This document shows positions 1-14,553 of a stretch of DNA of 64,000 nucleotides, piece after piece. This stretch comes from the human T2T-CHM13v2.0 reference genome, Homo sapiens: NCBI RefSeq assembly GCF_009914755.1, contig NC_060931.1; one strand, 5' to 3'. Below the pieces are notes generated by a model that had not been told where the DNA came from, made no database searches, and was given only the letters and a program-made list of their open reading frames with translations. Position numbers and translations under genes: made by a program. How positions within the stretch are numbered: position 1 is the stretch's first letter; every line of letters starts with the position of its first letter.

Positions 1-14
1 AAAACACTATGCAA

Positions 15-378
15 TGATGTGGTTTAGGTGTGTCCCCACCCAAATCTCATCTTGAATTGTGGCTCCCATAATTCCCATGTGTCGAGGGAGGTACCTGGTG
101 GGAGGTAATTGAATCATGGGGACAGGTTTTTCCTGTGCTGTTCTCGTGACAGTGAGTAAATCTCATGATATCTGATGGCTTTATAAGGGAGAGTTTCCCT
201 GCACAAACTCTTTGTTTTTGTCTGCTGCCATGTAAGACATGACTTTGCTTCTTTTCTGCCTTCCACCATGATTGTGAACTCGCTAACCACGTGGAACTGT
301 GAGTCCATCAAACTCTTTCCTTTATAAATCACCCAGTCTCTGGTACGTCTTTATTAGCAGTATGAGAACAGACTAACA
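15..378 (+). mobile_element. THE1-type (THE1B/C) MaLR solo LTR
   Basis: Starts TGATGTGGTTT..GTGTCCCCACCCAAATCTCATCTTGAATTG and ends ..AGCAGTATGAGAACAGACTAACA, following the THE1 LTR consensus over ~365 bp. Confidence 0.9.
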
Positions 379-639
379 TGTGCATATGTTAAAACGACAT
401 TTTGAAAGGGAAGAGAAGGAAAATATTACATTTCAGAATAGTTATTCTGGGTGAAAGTGAAGAAGATGGGAATGGAAGGAGACACTGGGAGCATCAATCT
501 TAATGCTTACACTAAATTCTCTTGTTGGGTCATAGACTCAAGAGGATTTGTTTAATTGGTATGCCATATAATCTAATTATTAATAATATATGGGTTCTTC
601 TGTATCAAGTATTACATAATAAAATATTTTTAAAGGCAT

Positions 640-835
640 AGAAGATCTTTTCTGTTCTGTGCCTCATATAAATTATCTCATTTACTTTGAAGCAAACTTT
701 TGAGGCATTTATTATTGCCCTCATTTTAAAGATGAGGAAGCTGAGGTTTAGAGAAGCCAAGAAACACAGTTCTTGAGAGACATAGCTAGAGTTCAGGTCT
801 GTACCGTAGCCCCTTCCTTTAACCATTACACTGTC
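640..835 (-). mobile_element. MIR SINE fragment
   Basis: Reverse MIR core CCCTCATTTTAAAGATGAGGAAGCTGAGG..AGAGA; ends approximate. Confidence 0.7.
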
Positions 836-1185
836 TTTCTCCATTTGGACCCTTTATAGAGGGAAGATCACAGCACTGACCCCTGTTCTCATTGGAGTAG
901 GAGGTGCTGAGAGAGCTATGTAAAAAGTACACACTGGAGAGTGGAAAATTTTCACAGAAATATTGACACATAAACTTAGGCAAACAGAAGGTAGAAAAGA
1001 TGTTTCACCACCAAAAACTGTCCACGTAGAGATGTGGAGAGAACCAAGAACCTGGAGGATGTGAGCACAGTGGGCCTTCTGGCATGGCAGAAGCAGAGGG
1101 AAGTGAAGGAGGGAACAGCAGTGCTAAGGATAGAAATGCAGGTTTGGTCCAGTTGAAGAAGGCACTTGATCTTTTCGGGCTGACC

Positions 1186-1346
1186 AGTAGGTCTTAAACT
1201 GTAGTGCATATTGTTATCACCTGGCAGACTTGTTAAACTGAAGGTTGCTGAGCCCCATTCTCAAAATTTCAGACTCAATAAGAATGAGTGGAGCCTAAAC
1301 ATTTCCATTCTAACAAATGCTCAGGTGGAAATCACTTTGAAAAGCA
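1186..1346. mobile_element. MER5A-like hAT-Charlie DNA transposon
   Basis: CAGTAGGTCTTAAACT..ATCACCTGG..CTTGTTAAA..ATTCTAACAA..CAGGTG..CACTTTGAAAAGCA resembles MER5A. Confidence 0.7.
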
Positions 1347-1349
1347 AAG

Positions 1350-1650
1350 CTTTAGGGCTGGCATATAAGGAGGATTGCTTTTAGAATGTCAGTGATGGTG
1401 AAGCTGTGGAGAATGGGCTGGGGAGAAAGAATGAACATGGAGAGTATAGTTAAGCCACTGCAGGAGCTCAGGTAGGTCTGAAACAGTGGTGGTGGAGATG
1501 GAGAGAGAGTGCTGCAGTTGAGGCATGTCTGAAGTCTATGAACATAAAGTAGTAAGGCATGAGTTGGGGGCATAAAGATAGAGAGGCTCCCAAGCTCCTG
1601 CCAGAGGTACTGAGTGAAGAGTAGACTCATTAATCAATGCAGGGACAACA
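1350..1650 (-). mobile_element. L2 LINE fragment (degraded)
   Basis: GGTGGTGGAGATGGAGAGAGAGTG and flanking purine-rich tract typical of antisense L2. Confidence 0.45.
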
Positions 1651-1653
1651 GAG

Positions 1654-2060
1654 AATCAACTCAGGTGCCCATCAACGGTAGACTGGTTAAAGAAAATATG
1701 GTCACAAATACCATGGAATACTAGGTAGCCATAAAAAAGAACAGAATTATGTCCTATGAAGCAACATGGATGTAGCTGGAGGCCATTATGCTAAGTGAAC
1801 TAACCTAGAAACAGAAAACCAAATACTACATGTTCCCACTTGTAAGTGGGAACTAAACATTGGGGACATAAATATGGGAGCAATAGACCCTGGGGACTGC
1901 TACAGCAGAGAGAGACGGATTGGGGCAAGGGCTGAAAAACTGCCTATTGGATACTCTGCTCACTACCAGTCACACCCCATACCTTAGCATCACACTATAT
2001 ATCTTTGTAAAAACCTGCATCTGTACCCCTGAAGCTAAAATAAAATTTGGAAAAGAAAAA
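1654..2060 (+). mobile_element. L1 3' end (L1PB/late L1PA-type), 5'-truncated
   Basis: GCAACATGGATGTAGCTGGAGGCCATTAT..ACAGAAAACCAAATAC..AACCTGCATCTGTACCCCTGAAGCTAAAATAAAA followed by an A-rich tail. Confidence 0.85.
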
Positions 2061-2087
2061 TAATCGATACATAAAATAAAGAGTTAT

Positions 2088-2426
<339 letters not shown>

Positions 2427-4036
2427 CTAGAAAGAGGATACATAATAGTAACTTTTAGAAGAGATTTATAAAAAATAGAGTGTGAATTAATTGTCTCTCC
2501 CCTTGGAAACAAGAGTTTAACATAAACAACATGGGTTTGCAGATGTGTGTGGGCAGGATAGGGCAAGACCAAGGACAGCATGGTATCAGTGAAGGAAATG
2601 TGTAGGAGAGTCCAGAAAACAGCAGCCAGTTGAGAAGTTCGAAGCCTGTCAAGGAGGATATTTTGATACTATTTACAAGGTACTTCACATACACGCATGA
2701 TATTTTGTGGCAGGTAATAGTAAGGATGTAATATTGATAGAAGAGGGAGAGCTATGAAATTGACTATCCCCAAGTAGCAAACAAGAATTATAGGGTGAAT
2801 TATCCTCTCCTATCCCTGAGAGAAAGCACCAGATTGGGCTTCTGTAAATGCAAAATACAGGATGAAATAAAGGCTCAGTCTGACAGCGGAAGCTTTTGGT
2901 TTGTTTTCTTTGGTTGTCCCTCAAAGTAGAAAGTAAAGAGAAGGAGGAAGTAGTTCAAGGTGCAAAGATATTCTGAAGTGGAGAAGGAAGAAGTCCACAG
3001 GAGTCATATGCAGTTAGGTAATCTGGATAAGAGCAAAAGTAAACTGAAATATGCAGTAGGGTTTGCATCATGGGAACAAAGAAGATTAATTTGATGTGAG
3101 TGATATGAGCTAGGGAAATAATTTAAAAATTGAAAAAAATGTGAATAATAATTGTAGAGATTATTCCTTTTATAAATTGTGTTAATACACACTTCTTTTT
3201 TAGGGGCTAGCATCACAAAATTACCAGAAGCATTGTGTTGTTTTGCCAATTAAAGGAATCCAAATAACTCCAAAATGATTAATTACCACTTTCTGTAAAT
3301 CCTCAGGTGAACTCATTTGCACAGAATTCCCTGCAGTTGTAAAGAAAACAGAACACTTGACAACTTGTCAGGCACCTACATTCTTTTTTCCTTTTATTTA
3401 TTAAATTCTTTTACTATTACATGTTATTTTCCACAGATGTTATGTGAAATTTCTCTCCTAAGCAAAATAAATAACTTTTTTAAGAATTAGAAAATCTAAA
3501 GGACAAAATTTTATATTATAAAACTATACATAGTATTTTATTTTGCTGGCATAAATGCAAATAATCATCTTACAGAAAAACATTAATATTACGTTTTGAC
3601 TTCTTTCCACATGACATCTACAAGGCAAATAACATTACAAATCCTCAGTACTTTCTAACTGATATATGGAAATAGTGTGGAAAATCACATGTAGAATTAC
3701 ATGTAGTATGCTTGTAATACTGATTTCCTACAATGTACAGATAGGGTAATACTCTGTCCTTGGAACTTTGCTGAGAAAGTATCAGGAAACATAACAGGAA
3801 ACATATCAGAAACAACTAAATGGTGATTTGTACTAACATTAATATATTGTTTATATATAAATAACTCTATACACATCTCTAAGTATAAATGCACACATCT
3901 GTATGCATACATTTATTAACATCCATTGATATACCACAAAAAGTTTGATTAATCATTTTGAGAAATACATTAAAAAAGAAACAAAATTTTTAATCTTCTC
4001 CTTACTCTATGACTTCCAATCTTGGGCTCACATTAA

Positions 4037-4343
<307 letters not shown>

Positions 4344-5399
4344 TTAACACCACTTTTTGAAGATATCTTTACCTTCAAGGGGTATTTGTATCCCAAATAT
4401 ATTCAGTCCATTGTCTGGCACATCATCTGTCACATATAGAGCTGCAAGAAGCTCTTCCAGTATCCTAGCATCAAAAGAACATTCTCTTCATGACCATTTC
4501 ACTGCACCTCAGAAAAACAAGAGGCCGAATTCATCTTCCTAGTCATGTTGTGGTGTAATTAAATTTAAAGGAATCACTACTTATGTAATGTATTTTTTCC
4601 CTTTAAGTTGTCTGGAGTAAGTTTTGGAGAAACTTGCATGATAATATCAAAACTTGTTTTCTTATTGTGTTCAGAAAGCAAAAGAGAAATATTAACATTA
4701 TTTTTAGCCTTCTTGTGTTACTGGAACCATGTCACAGAATGAGAGTTTCTCTGGGAATAAGATGTATTGCAATATTCTGACTAACAGAATGTCAGAGTAA
4801 GAAATTTTTATCAGTTGTTCTTTGGGTCATTGTCACACATCATCTGCATATAATTTCCATAGCAGTGAACAGTGAATGTGACATTAGCTTCGCAATGGTG
4901 TTGGCTTGAGGGCTGGATATACCGATGTGCATTCCAGTCATGGCAATTCCTGGAGAAAAAAAAATTAATTATAATCATTTTGCATAAATCACCATGAACA
5001 ATGAGGTACTCATCACCTTGTCAGTTAGTTTGCAGCATTCAGTTGGCTGGCAAACTGGTGACTTTATGAAGCATTAAACTATGTCACCGTTAGCCAGATT
5101 AAACTCACTGTAACATTATACTTACATAAAGTGCTTTGTGAAGGAAATATGAAAAATGTTAACTGAACCGATCTCAGAAGACAGGAAAATGATTGTGATA
5201 TAATGCTTGGGTTGAATATTGTCACTTTCCTGGTGTAAGCCCATTATGGTTTCCAAAGGACTATATTCAAATAATAAGAAAAAAGTCAGGACTCTAACTT
5301 GGAAGATGTAAAGACATATATATATTAGATGAAATACTCTAAATGAGAAAGAAAGAAAAGAAGAAAAGGGGGCTGTAAAATGACTCACCATGTACAGTC

Positions 5400-5570
5400 T
5401 AGAATCATAGAGACAGGGTGGGAGAGGCCCAGAGAGAGTTGAAGGGTCCAGTATATTTCACCCCTCAGATTCTGTGGATTAGAAACCAAAGTCTGGAGAA
5501 GGTTAAGTGTCTAGCCCAAGACATAGCTAGAAGGTGGTGGGTCCCTAACCTCGAATATAGTATATTTTCA
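5400..5570 (-). mobile_element. MIR-family fragment
   Basis: GAAACCAAAGTCTGGAGAAGGTTAAGTGTCTAGCCCAAGACATAGCTAG resembles reverse MIR core. Confidence 0.5.
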
Positions 5571-6736
5571 CAGGAGCCTAAATGAAATGGAATTCAGGGA
5601 GTAAGATAAAGACCAGTTTTCATTAACATTTGCGTTAAAGTTAAATATCATTTTTATGAGAAGACAAAAGTAAGATCAAATCCTGAAGTCAAAGTAAATA
5701 ACCCTGTGTAAAAACGCAAAGTTCATGGGCTTTACAGGCTGTGCTCACAAGTCTATGACCACTGCTTGGAAGGAACAGGAGTGGAGGCTGTGGCTTATTT
5801 TCCTGGTGGCATGTGGTATGAGCCACAATTTTAGTGAAAGGGTACAGTCATGTCTTAGGTCTCTGGAAACTGCCTAATGATTTGATATCCTGGAGATTTT
5901 TTCTGGTCTGCTTTATGGAAGACATTTATATATAGGACAGTGAAAAACACTATTTCTGGAGGGGAAAGAACAATACGGTTAAGTCTAGGTTTTCTATTTC
6001 TTCTTGAGTTTGTTTTCTTTTTTGCTTTTAGATTTCTAATCAGCTCAAAAGATCTCCAAGTCTCCAAACCCTTCACGAATTAAAAAAAATGTAAACCCTA
6101 CAAATTTCTTAACTCCATCTGCATAACACTGCCACAGATAGAAAAGTGTAAACAAGATAACAAGAGCATGGGCAACTCTGTTTTTAAAAAAGCAAAACTG
6201 AATTTTATTCCAGAAGATTCTGTCCTGTCCTGTTTGTAAGCTACGCTGCCAAAAATGAGTGCCAACACTTTGGGAGTGGGGAGTGTATATTGTTTGAGGT
6301 ATAAACATGATTATAATGTACAAAAATAATAATTTACAAATGAACCACAATTTCTAAGGTTGCTTCATATATGTCAATTAGTAAATAAATAAATGCATAA
6401 TTAAAAGAAAATTGAAGTAAAATAGTCATTTGGTCTCAGCAAGACTCTCAACACCAGCCAAAGCATGAAGGAAGTAATGTCCTTTTCTCTATTCAAGCTG
6501 TTACAGCTTTCTCCAGTGGTCGGAAACATTTTACTCTTCACCTTCTGATAAAATCCCAGTCAGCTGCCTTTCCCTGGTCCGTTCCTCCAGCCTCCCATGA
6601 AGAAGTGATCCTTCTCTTTTTTAATACCACTTCTTCTCCTCTTTATGTCTTTTGTCACATATCACTGAAATTTTACCCAAGGACTATACCCTCTTTCTCC
6701 TAAAAGTTCCACCTCCCTACTTCTATATTCTGATCC

Positions 6737-6902
6737 ATTAGTTCTCAGTGTGGTCCTGGGAACTTGTTAAACATGCAAATTATCTGGCCCCACTGCAAAC
6801 CTACTGCATCACAAACTCTGGGGTACAGTCCAGTATTCTGTGTTTTCCCCACCCTCTCCAAGTGACTCAGAAACAGGCTAACATTTGGGAACCACAGCTC
6901 TA
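6737..6902. mobile_element. MER5A DNA transposon
   Basis: TTCTCAGTGTGGTCC..GGGAACTTGTTAAACATGCAAATT..ACCTACTGCATCACAAACTCTGGGG..TTTGGGAACCACAG. Confidence 0.8.
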
Positions 6903-7439
6903 ATATATTCTATCTTAAAGAGAAAAAAAAAATGGTACTGCAGCCCTGGGTTTCCCTTCTACTTTCCTTCTTCCCTGAACTGTCAAATTCCTCAGAGTAC
7001 TTGTTCCCTTTCCTTTCTCTTATTACATTTGTTTTCCAACTCACTGGTCATACTCAGTGTCGTTTGGCATTTTGAGGAATTACATGTTCGGATTGATTTT
7101 TGTGCTGCCAAATAACTACAATGCTTTCTAAAGTTGGAAATACAGTTGTGACTAGTGGATGATTAGATTCTTCTTTGTAGCTCTATTTGACTGTAATGGG
7201 CGCAACTTACTGGTTTTACCCCAGACTAGTCCAGAAAATTATTTAGTGAACAGAATTGTATTTTTGCAGTCTACCAATTATATCACTAGATATCTTGGAA
7301 AAAAACGCCTTGCAAAGTAGTGATAGCTGGACAACCTGGGTTGTGATCTTGGCTTCTTCATTGTGTGACAATAATATAATACTTAATTATTCTTCACAAT
7401 AATATTAGTAGTTAATTACTCGTTGCTATTAGTAATTAT

Positions 7440-7632
7440 TTTGCTTGCTCACAAAATTCAAGGTTATTCGTGTATTTTTCTATCTAAAGCCTCATAAAGC
7501 ACAGTGAAGTATATTTAATATCAATTTTCAGATAAATAAATGGAAGTTTAGTGCTATTAGGGAACTTGTCCAAGTTAATGTAGCTAAAAGTAGGCAATGA
7601 GCTGGATTTCCAACCAAGGTCTGTCTAAGCCT
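7440..7632 (-). mobile_element. MIR SINE
   Basis: AACTTGTCCAAG..AGCTAAAAGTAGGCAATGAGCTGGATTTCCAACCAAGGTCTGTCT, reverse MIR. Confidence 0.65.
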
Positions 7633-7689
7633 GTCGAACAGGCTGCTAATGAAACCTTCTGGGAAGTTGTTGTGTAGATTATTCTATTT

Positions 7690-8215
7690 ATGTATTTTAT
7701 TAGTTCATTCAAAAGCAGTGTTAAGCCTCTGCTTTCTGGGGTGCACTAGGCTAAGCCCTGGAAACACAGAGAAGAAAGATACAGCCCACAAGGAATCACA
7801 TTCTGGTGAAACAACAGATAACTAAACTATTTAAGTAGATTTTTGTAAGAGTCATGATTTAGAGGCACACAGAGCATTGAGGGAACATGGAGACTATATG
7901 AGGTACATAACCTGGGATGGGGAGCTCATGGAAGCCCTGCTAGGGTCAGTGACCTTAGTGTTTTGTTAGAGAAACAAGAGCCAGGAAATAAATTGAATGA
8001 AAGGAATGTAGGAAAGGAACCTCAGACATAAAGAATACCAGTTGCAAAGCAGGAGAGAGTAAATAAATAGGCAGAGGTAAGATTACAAAAACTTCCATGC
8101 CCTTCAAAGGAATCAGAATGTCTAGAAGGCAAGAGGAGGAGAGTAGGGATACTTTTAAGACAAAATGAGAGTTAGAAATCTCATAATGACAATACTGTGG
8201 AAAGTGGATTTAAGC
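7690..8215 (-). mobile_element. L2 3' region
   Basis: TTCATTCAAAAG..GCACTAGGCTAAGCCCTGGAAACACAGAG..CACAAGGAATCACATTCTGGTG, antisense L2 3' end pattern. Confidence 0.6.
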
Positions 8216-8252
8216 ATTAGAAGGAATGAATGCCAATAATTATCTTAGATTG

Positions 8253-10131
8253 TTTTTTTTTTCTTCTAAAAAAAAGTGGGGGGAGATACATGTGCAGAAG
8301 GTGCAGGTTTGTTACATAGTTATACATGTGCCACGGTGGTTTGCTGTACCTATTGACCCCTCCTCTAAGTTCCATCCCCTGACCCCCCACCCCCCAACAG
8401 GCCCTGGTGTGTGATGTTCCCCTCCGTGTGTCCATGTGCTCTCATTGTTCAACTCCCACTTATGAGTGAGAACATGCAGTATTTGGTTTTTGGTTCCTGT
8501 GTTAGTTTGCTGAGAATGATGGCTTCCAGCTTCATCCATGTCCCTGCAAAGGACATGATCTCATTCCTTTTTATGGCCGCCTAGTATTCCATGGTGTATA
8601 TGTACCACATTTTCTTTATCCAGTCTATCATTGATGGGCATTTGGGTTGGTTCCATGTCTTTTCTGTTGTAAATAGTGCTGCAATAAATATACGTGGGCA
8701 TGTGTCTTTATAGTAGAATGGTCTCTATTCTTTTGGGTATATACAAAGTAATGGGATTGCTGGATCAAATGGTATTTCTGGTTCTAGATCCTTGAGGACT
8801 ACTGTCTTCCAAATGGTTGAACTAATTTACACTCCCACCAACAGTGTAAAAGTGTTCCTATTTCTCCACATCCTCTCCAGCATCTATTGTTTCCTGACTT
8901 TTTAATATTCGCCCTTCTCACTGGAATGAGATGGTATCTAATTGTGGTTTTGACTTGCATTTCTCTGATGATCAGTGACGTTGAGCTTTTTTTCATATGT
9001 TTGTTGGCTGCATAAATGTGTTTGAGAAGTGTCTGTTCATATCCTTTGCCCACTTTTTGATGGGGTTGTTTGTTTTTTCTGGTAAATTTGTTTAAGTTAT
9101 TTGTAAATTCTGGATATTAGAACTTTGTCAGATGGGTAGATTGCAAAAATTTTCTCCCGTTCTGTAGGTTGCCTGTTCACTTTGATGATAGTTTCTTTTG
9201 CTATGTGGAAGCTCTTTAGTTTAATCAGATCCCATTTGTCAATTTTGGCTTTTGTTGTAATTGCTTTTGGCATTTTTGTCATGAAGTCTTTGCCCATGCT
9301 TATGTCCTAAATGGTATTGCCTAGGTTTTCTTCAAGGGTTTTTATGGTTTGGGGTTTTACATTTAAGTCTTTAATCCATCTTGAGTTAATTTTTGTATAA
9401 GGTGTAAGGAAGCAGTCCAGTTTCGGTTTTCTGCATACAGCTAGCCGGTTTTCCCATTACCATTTACTGAATAGGAGATCATTTCCCCATTGCTTGTTTT
9501 TGGCAGGTTTGTCAAAGATCAGATGATTGTACATGTGTGGTGTGATTTCTAAGGTCTCTATTCTGCTCCATTAGTCTATATGTCTGTTTTGGTACCAGTA
9601 CCATGCTGTTTTGGTTACTGTGGTCTTATAGGATAGTTTGAAGTTAGGTAGCGTGATGCCTCCAGCTTTGTTCTTTTTGCTTAGGATTGTCTTGGCTCTA
9701 TGGCGTCTTCTTTGATTCCATATGAAATTTAAAATAGTTTTTTTTTCTAATTCTGTGAAGAATGTCACTAGTAGTTTCATGGGAGTATCATTGAATCTAT
9801 AAATTACTTTGGGCAGTATGGCTAATTTCACAATATTTCCTATCCATGAGCATGGAATGTTTTTCCATTTGTTTGTGTCCTCTCTTATTTTCTTGAAAAG
9901 TGGTTTTTAGTTCTCCTTGAAGAGGTCCTTCATGTCCCTTGTTAACTATATTCCTAGGTATTTTATTCTCTTTGTAGTGATTATGAATGGAGTTCATGAT
10001 TTGGCTTTCTGCTTGTCTATTGTTGGTGTTAAGGAATGCTTGTGGTTTTTGCACATTGATTTTGTATCCTGAGACTTGGCTGAAGTTGCTTATCAATTTA
10101 AGGAGTTTTTGGTATGAGATGATGGGGTTTT
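8253..10131 (-). mobile_element. L1PA (L1PA8-like), 5'-truncated ~1.9 kb
   Basis: 3'UTR TTCTTCTAAAAAAAA..GATACATGTGCAGAAGGTGCAGG; broken ORF2 C-terminal peptides in the ORF track (9097-9297 [21 protein letters not shown]; 9571-9831 ..[13 protein letters not shown]; 8799-9053 [18 protein letters not shown]). Confidence 0.96.
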
Positions 10132-10160
10132 AAGAGGAGCCAGCTATCTGGATTCTAGAT

Positions 10161-10558
10161 TTTATGGGCTAAATGGTGTCTCTCCCACCACAACATTTAT
10201 ATTAAAGGGAGCTTGGTACTCTAAGCCCCAGTAACTCAGAATTTGACTGTAGTGAGAGATAGATTCTTTAAAGAGGTAATTACGTTAAAATGAGGTCATA
10301 TGAATATACTGTAATACAGTAAAACTAGAGTCTTTATAAGAAGGGGAAATTAGGACACAGACCCATACAGATGAAAGACCATGTGAAGACAGGGAGAAGG
10401 TTACCATCTAAAAGGCAAGGAGAGACAGTAGAAGAAACCAACCCTGCTCACACCTTGGTCGCAGACTTCTAGCCTCAAAAATCATAAGAAAATAAATGTC
10501 TATGGTTTAAATCACCTGCTGTGGTGCTTTGTTATGGCAGCCCACACCAACTAACACA
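10161..10558 (+). mobile_element. MLT1 (MLT1B-like) MaLR solo LTR
   Basis: TTATGGGCTAAATGGTGTC..GAGGTAATTACGTTAAAATGAGGTCAT..GAAGAAACCAACCCTGC..TTTGTTATGGCAGCCC..ACTAACACA. Confidence 0.85.
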
Positions 10559-11224
10559 CAAAACTGAAATTTCATATTTTCATTGATGGCTACCATTTTA
10601 GATCAGAATGACAACTATATGCTGGACAGATTCTTCTGTAGATAACATCAGACCCACCTAGCAAATGTGTGCTGAATTTGCTAAAAGTAAAATATTAGCT
10701 AGGAATGGACCATGTTTTCCTTTAATACTTTTGTTAAGACACAAACACCAAAGACTTTCCATTTTTGCCACTGTCTTTTCTAAAGGATGAATTAGTATGA
10801 TATAAAGCATTTGAAGCCTTAAGATGAAGGAACACTGCATTAAGTTCAATGTAATCTTCACTTTAAATCTCTTCTTGAGTGAAGAGTGCAAACATGCATC
10901 CCTGCCTGAACACAAAGGAATAAAACCTCGCCTAAGCACTCCTGACAGTCTTTCATGCCCACTTGAGAACTGGTCATCTGGAACCAGCCATCCCTACAGC
11001 TACCAGAAAATACAACTTCCTCTGTCACTTTCCTGCAGTATCACAAATTACAGAATGGCACAAGCGTGAAAGAGCAACTACTGAATGACGCGAAAAATAT
11101 ACAGCTAAGAGTGTGCAGGCGAGTGCAATGGTGAGGCTCAAAAGACTTGGTGGAGGGTAAAACACAGTGTGATCCTCAAGATTTGCCACCACAGCTGACT
11201 TCCTAATTACTACTATACTGCTGT

Positions 11225-11772
11225 TGAGGCAGGAGAATAGGGTCTGGAGGCAGGGAACCTAAGGCTGATTTACGCGGACTTCTAGAACTAAATCAAAAGG
11301 AAAACCCCAACTTTCCACACCTAAGTAACAAAAGGACTGGAGGATACGCCCTTTGCAATCCCCCCTCCTTTTCTGTGTGGCAGATAGAAAATTGAAAGTA
11401 TCTCTGATTGGTTGCTTTCTGCAACCAATCAGATGATTGCATAGGAGTATAACTTTGTAACTTCACTTCAGCCTCTGATTGGTTGCTTTCCACAACCAAT
11501 CAGACTAGTTGCACAGGCCACTACTTCATTTACGTAGGGTATACACCAAGTAACCAATGGAAAAACCTCTAGGGGGTATTTAAACCCCAGTAAATTCTGT
11601 AAACTGGCCCTTGAGTCCCTATGCTCGGGCCTGCCCCCCCGCCCCCCGTGGAGTGTACTTTCGTTTTCGATAAATAATCTGCTTTTGTCACTTGATTCTT
11701 TTCTTGCTCTGTGTGTTTCGTCCAGCTCTTTGTTCAAAACGCCAAGAACCTGTACATCCTCCACTGGTAACA
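11225..11772 (+). mobile_element. MER51A-like ERV1 solo LTR
   Basis: TGAGGCAGGAGAATAGGGTCTGGAGGCAGGGAACCTAAGG start and ..CCACTGGTAACA end; near-TSD CTGT/CTAT; paired inverted CCAAT boxes. Confidence 0.88.
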
Positions 11773-12499
11773 CTATCTCTGAATAAGATAAGGAGTAATA
11801 TTAGAGCTATCGTTAATAATATAAATAATAGGAGATCTCTCTTGCCGGAAAAAAGGGGAAGCAATAGGCAAGAAATTAGACAATTCACCCACATCTACGC
11901 TGCTATTAACAAACCAATGAACAGGTTTTTCTCAGAAGATGGAGAATATCCAGTAATACTCTGCGTGAATTAGAACATTTGGTGTGATTAACTGATTTTT
12001 GAAGTGCACATATTTTGCCTGACTCTTCTAACTTATAAACAATGTCTAAGGATATTAAAACATTTTCTTCAATAGCTTTATATTGGTTTCTAAGATATCT
12101 TTATGAAAATATTTGTTTTCTAAGATGTTGAGGTAATTCAGTATTCTTTCAGTAACTTTTGTTTTTTCTTTAAAATTGTCCAAAAATTTTGAGCTCTAAA
12201 GTTTAAAATATTTGAAGACTTTTGCAGAAAGTTTTTACTAAGACTTAAGCAAAAGCGACTTCAGAAACTTGGTAATATGGTATTGCATGCCTAAATACTT
12301 GAAAAATTCCTATGATTCTTTAAAAATACTTTTTGAAAGTTCATGCCTAAAGACAAATGAAAAACTTGATTATTTCAAAAACTTATTGATAAATCTATTT
12401 TACTTTAAAAATATCTATTTAAAACGTTTATTTATAAAATGGAATATATAAAATGTGTTAACACTGCCTAAAGAAAAGCTTTAAGTAAAACTTGGCTAA

Positions 12500-12850
<351 letters not shown>

Positions 12851-13238
12851 TGAAATTGTCTGTTGTTGTTATTTGGAAACAAAGACAAATTGCAATTTGC
12901 GGATTTTACCATCACTGCTGTTTTGTTGTTTACCAAACGAACTTTAAATTTACTTTCTGGAAGCTTACTCAGATGCCTCCTAATCCTGTACATTTTATAC
13001 ATTTATAGTAATTTTCAGTGATAGTTTGTCATATGAATAATGAGCCTAAAACCCTGAATCATTTGTATTTATCAAGGAAAGACTACTATAAATTCATTGA
13101 AATGTCTTTATTACAACAAGAAACTGCAACAACAAACTTTTGAAAGATTTATAGGAAGAAGGAATGGGTGATTGTGGATACCAGAGCTGAGCCAGAATTT
13201 AACAAGAAAGAGCAATGGCCTGGAATATTGCCCTCTAA

Positions 13239-13562
<324 letters not shown>

Positions 13563-14553
13563 TAATCAAGATCTTAGCATCATAGCATGAGTTAAGGGCA
13601 AATACAGGTTCTCCTCACAGTCTAAGGGCTATTAATTGAATAATTAATAGTATTAAAATTTCACAGCAAGATGCCCTATGAAAATAAATTCAACTTAAGT
13701 GATAGATATTAAGAAATGCAAAACTTTCATTTTCAGATAATATACTATGAAAGCTAAAACAGTATACTACGTTTCAAACTCATTTAGTAATTATTCAAAC
13801 ATATAACAATCTCCTGCTGGTTTTTAAATGGATGTTTTACATTATGTGCCTTCTCTTCAAATGTGGCCTTTTCTAAGTTTTGATTGAATAGAATGGGTTT
13901 TTTTTTTTCAAGATCAAGTCTTTTTGTAGGGCTTGTTGTTGTTTTTTATTGCTAGCTAAGTGGTTCCTTGGAGATTGTGGATGAATATTGAGATTCTTTA
14001 GAGAAATGAAGTTCGTCTGTTACAATTACACTGGCATGCTTCCTTGAGAAAAGCAGAGGATATACAGAAACATCTAGGAAAGCCTGTACATTTTTGAGAA
14101 GTTAGAAAATTAGTTCCCGATTTTCTTTTCTTTTGAAAAAAAAAAATTTTGTTTCATTATCTCAAGAAATGTGGAATTAGCTAGAGAGGGTTGTCTTATT
14201 TTTAATTTGAAGGAGTGGATTCAAGTGAGAATTAATATAAACACATGCTAATAGGGCTGCTTTATGCTTATGAGGGGCAAGTTCTTCACCTTCAGCCACA
14301 CTCAGGCACAACCATGAAGTGGGTTGAGTTGGCTCTCAGATCCTCAGCCAGTTTCCCCCTCCCCCTCCCCCTCCTCCTTTCTCACCACTTGCTGTACCCT
14401 GTTTTCTTCCCTCTGGCACCTGGTGTTCTCTTTACCCACTGCTGCTTCTCCCCTGTTGCTCCAGAGACAACCAGTGCTCAAGAAAAAAAAATAGTAAATG
14501 ACTTCCATGAAAGCATCTTGAAACTCCGGTTTAGACAGAGTAATGCCAAGACT

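Noticed and set aside
5104-5389. Several minus-strand GTRAGT donor-like motifs
   Set aside because: No convincing paired acceptor or exon could be defined; such hexamers are frequent by chance.
7628-7644. Hairpin AGCCTGT-CGA-ACAGGCT
   Set aside because: 7-bp arms are expected several times by chance in 64 kb.
8799-10096. L1 ORF2-like peptides as functional CDS
   Set aside because: Frameshifted fragments of a 5'-truncated L1PA; reported as a mobile element.
14355-14377. G-quadruplex on the minus strand, (GGGGGA)3
   Set aside because: Only three long G runs plus GG tracts; not a canonical four-tract G4.
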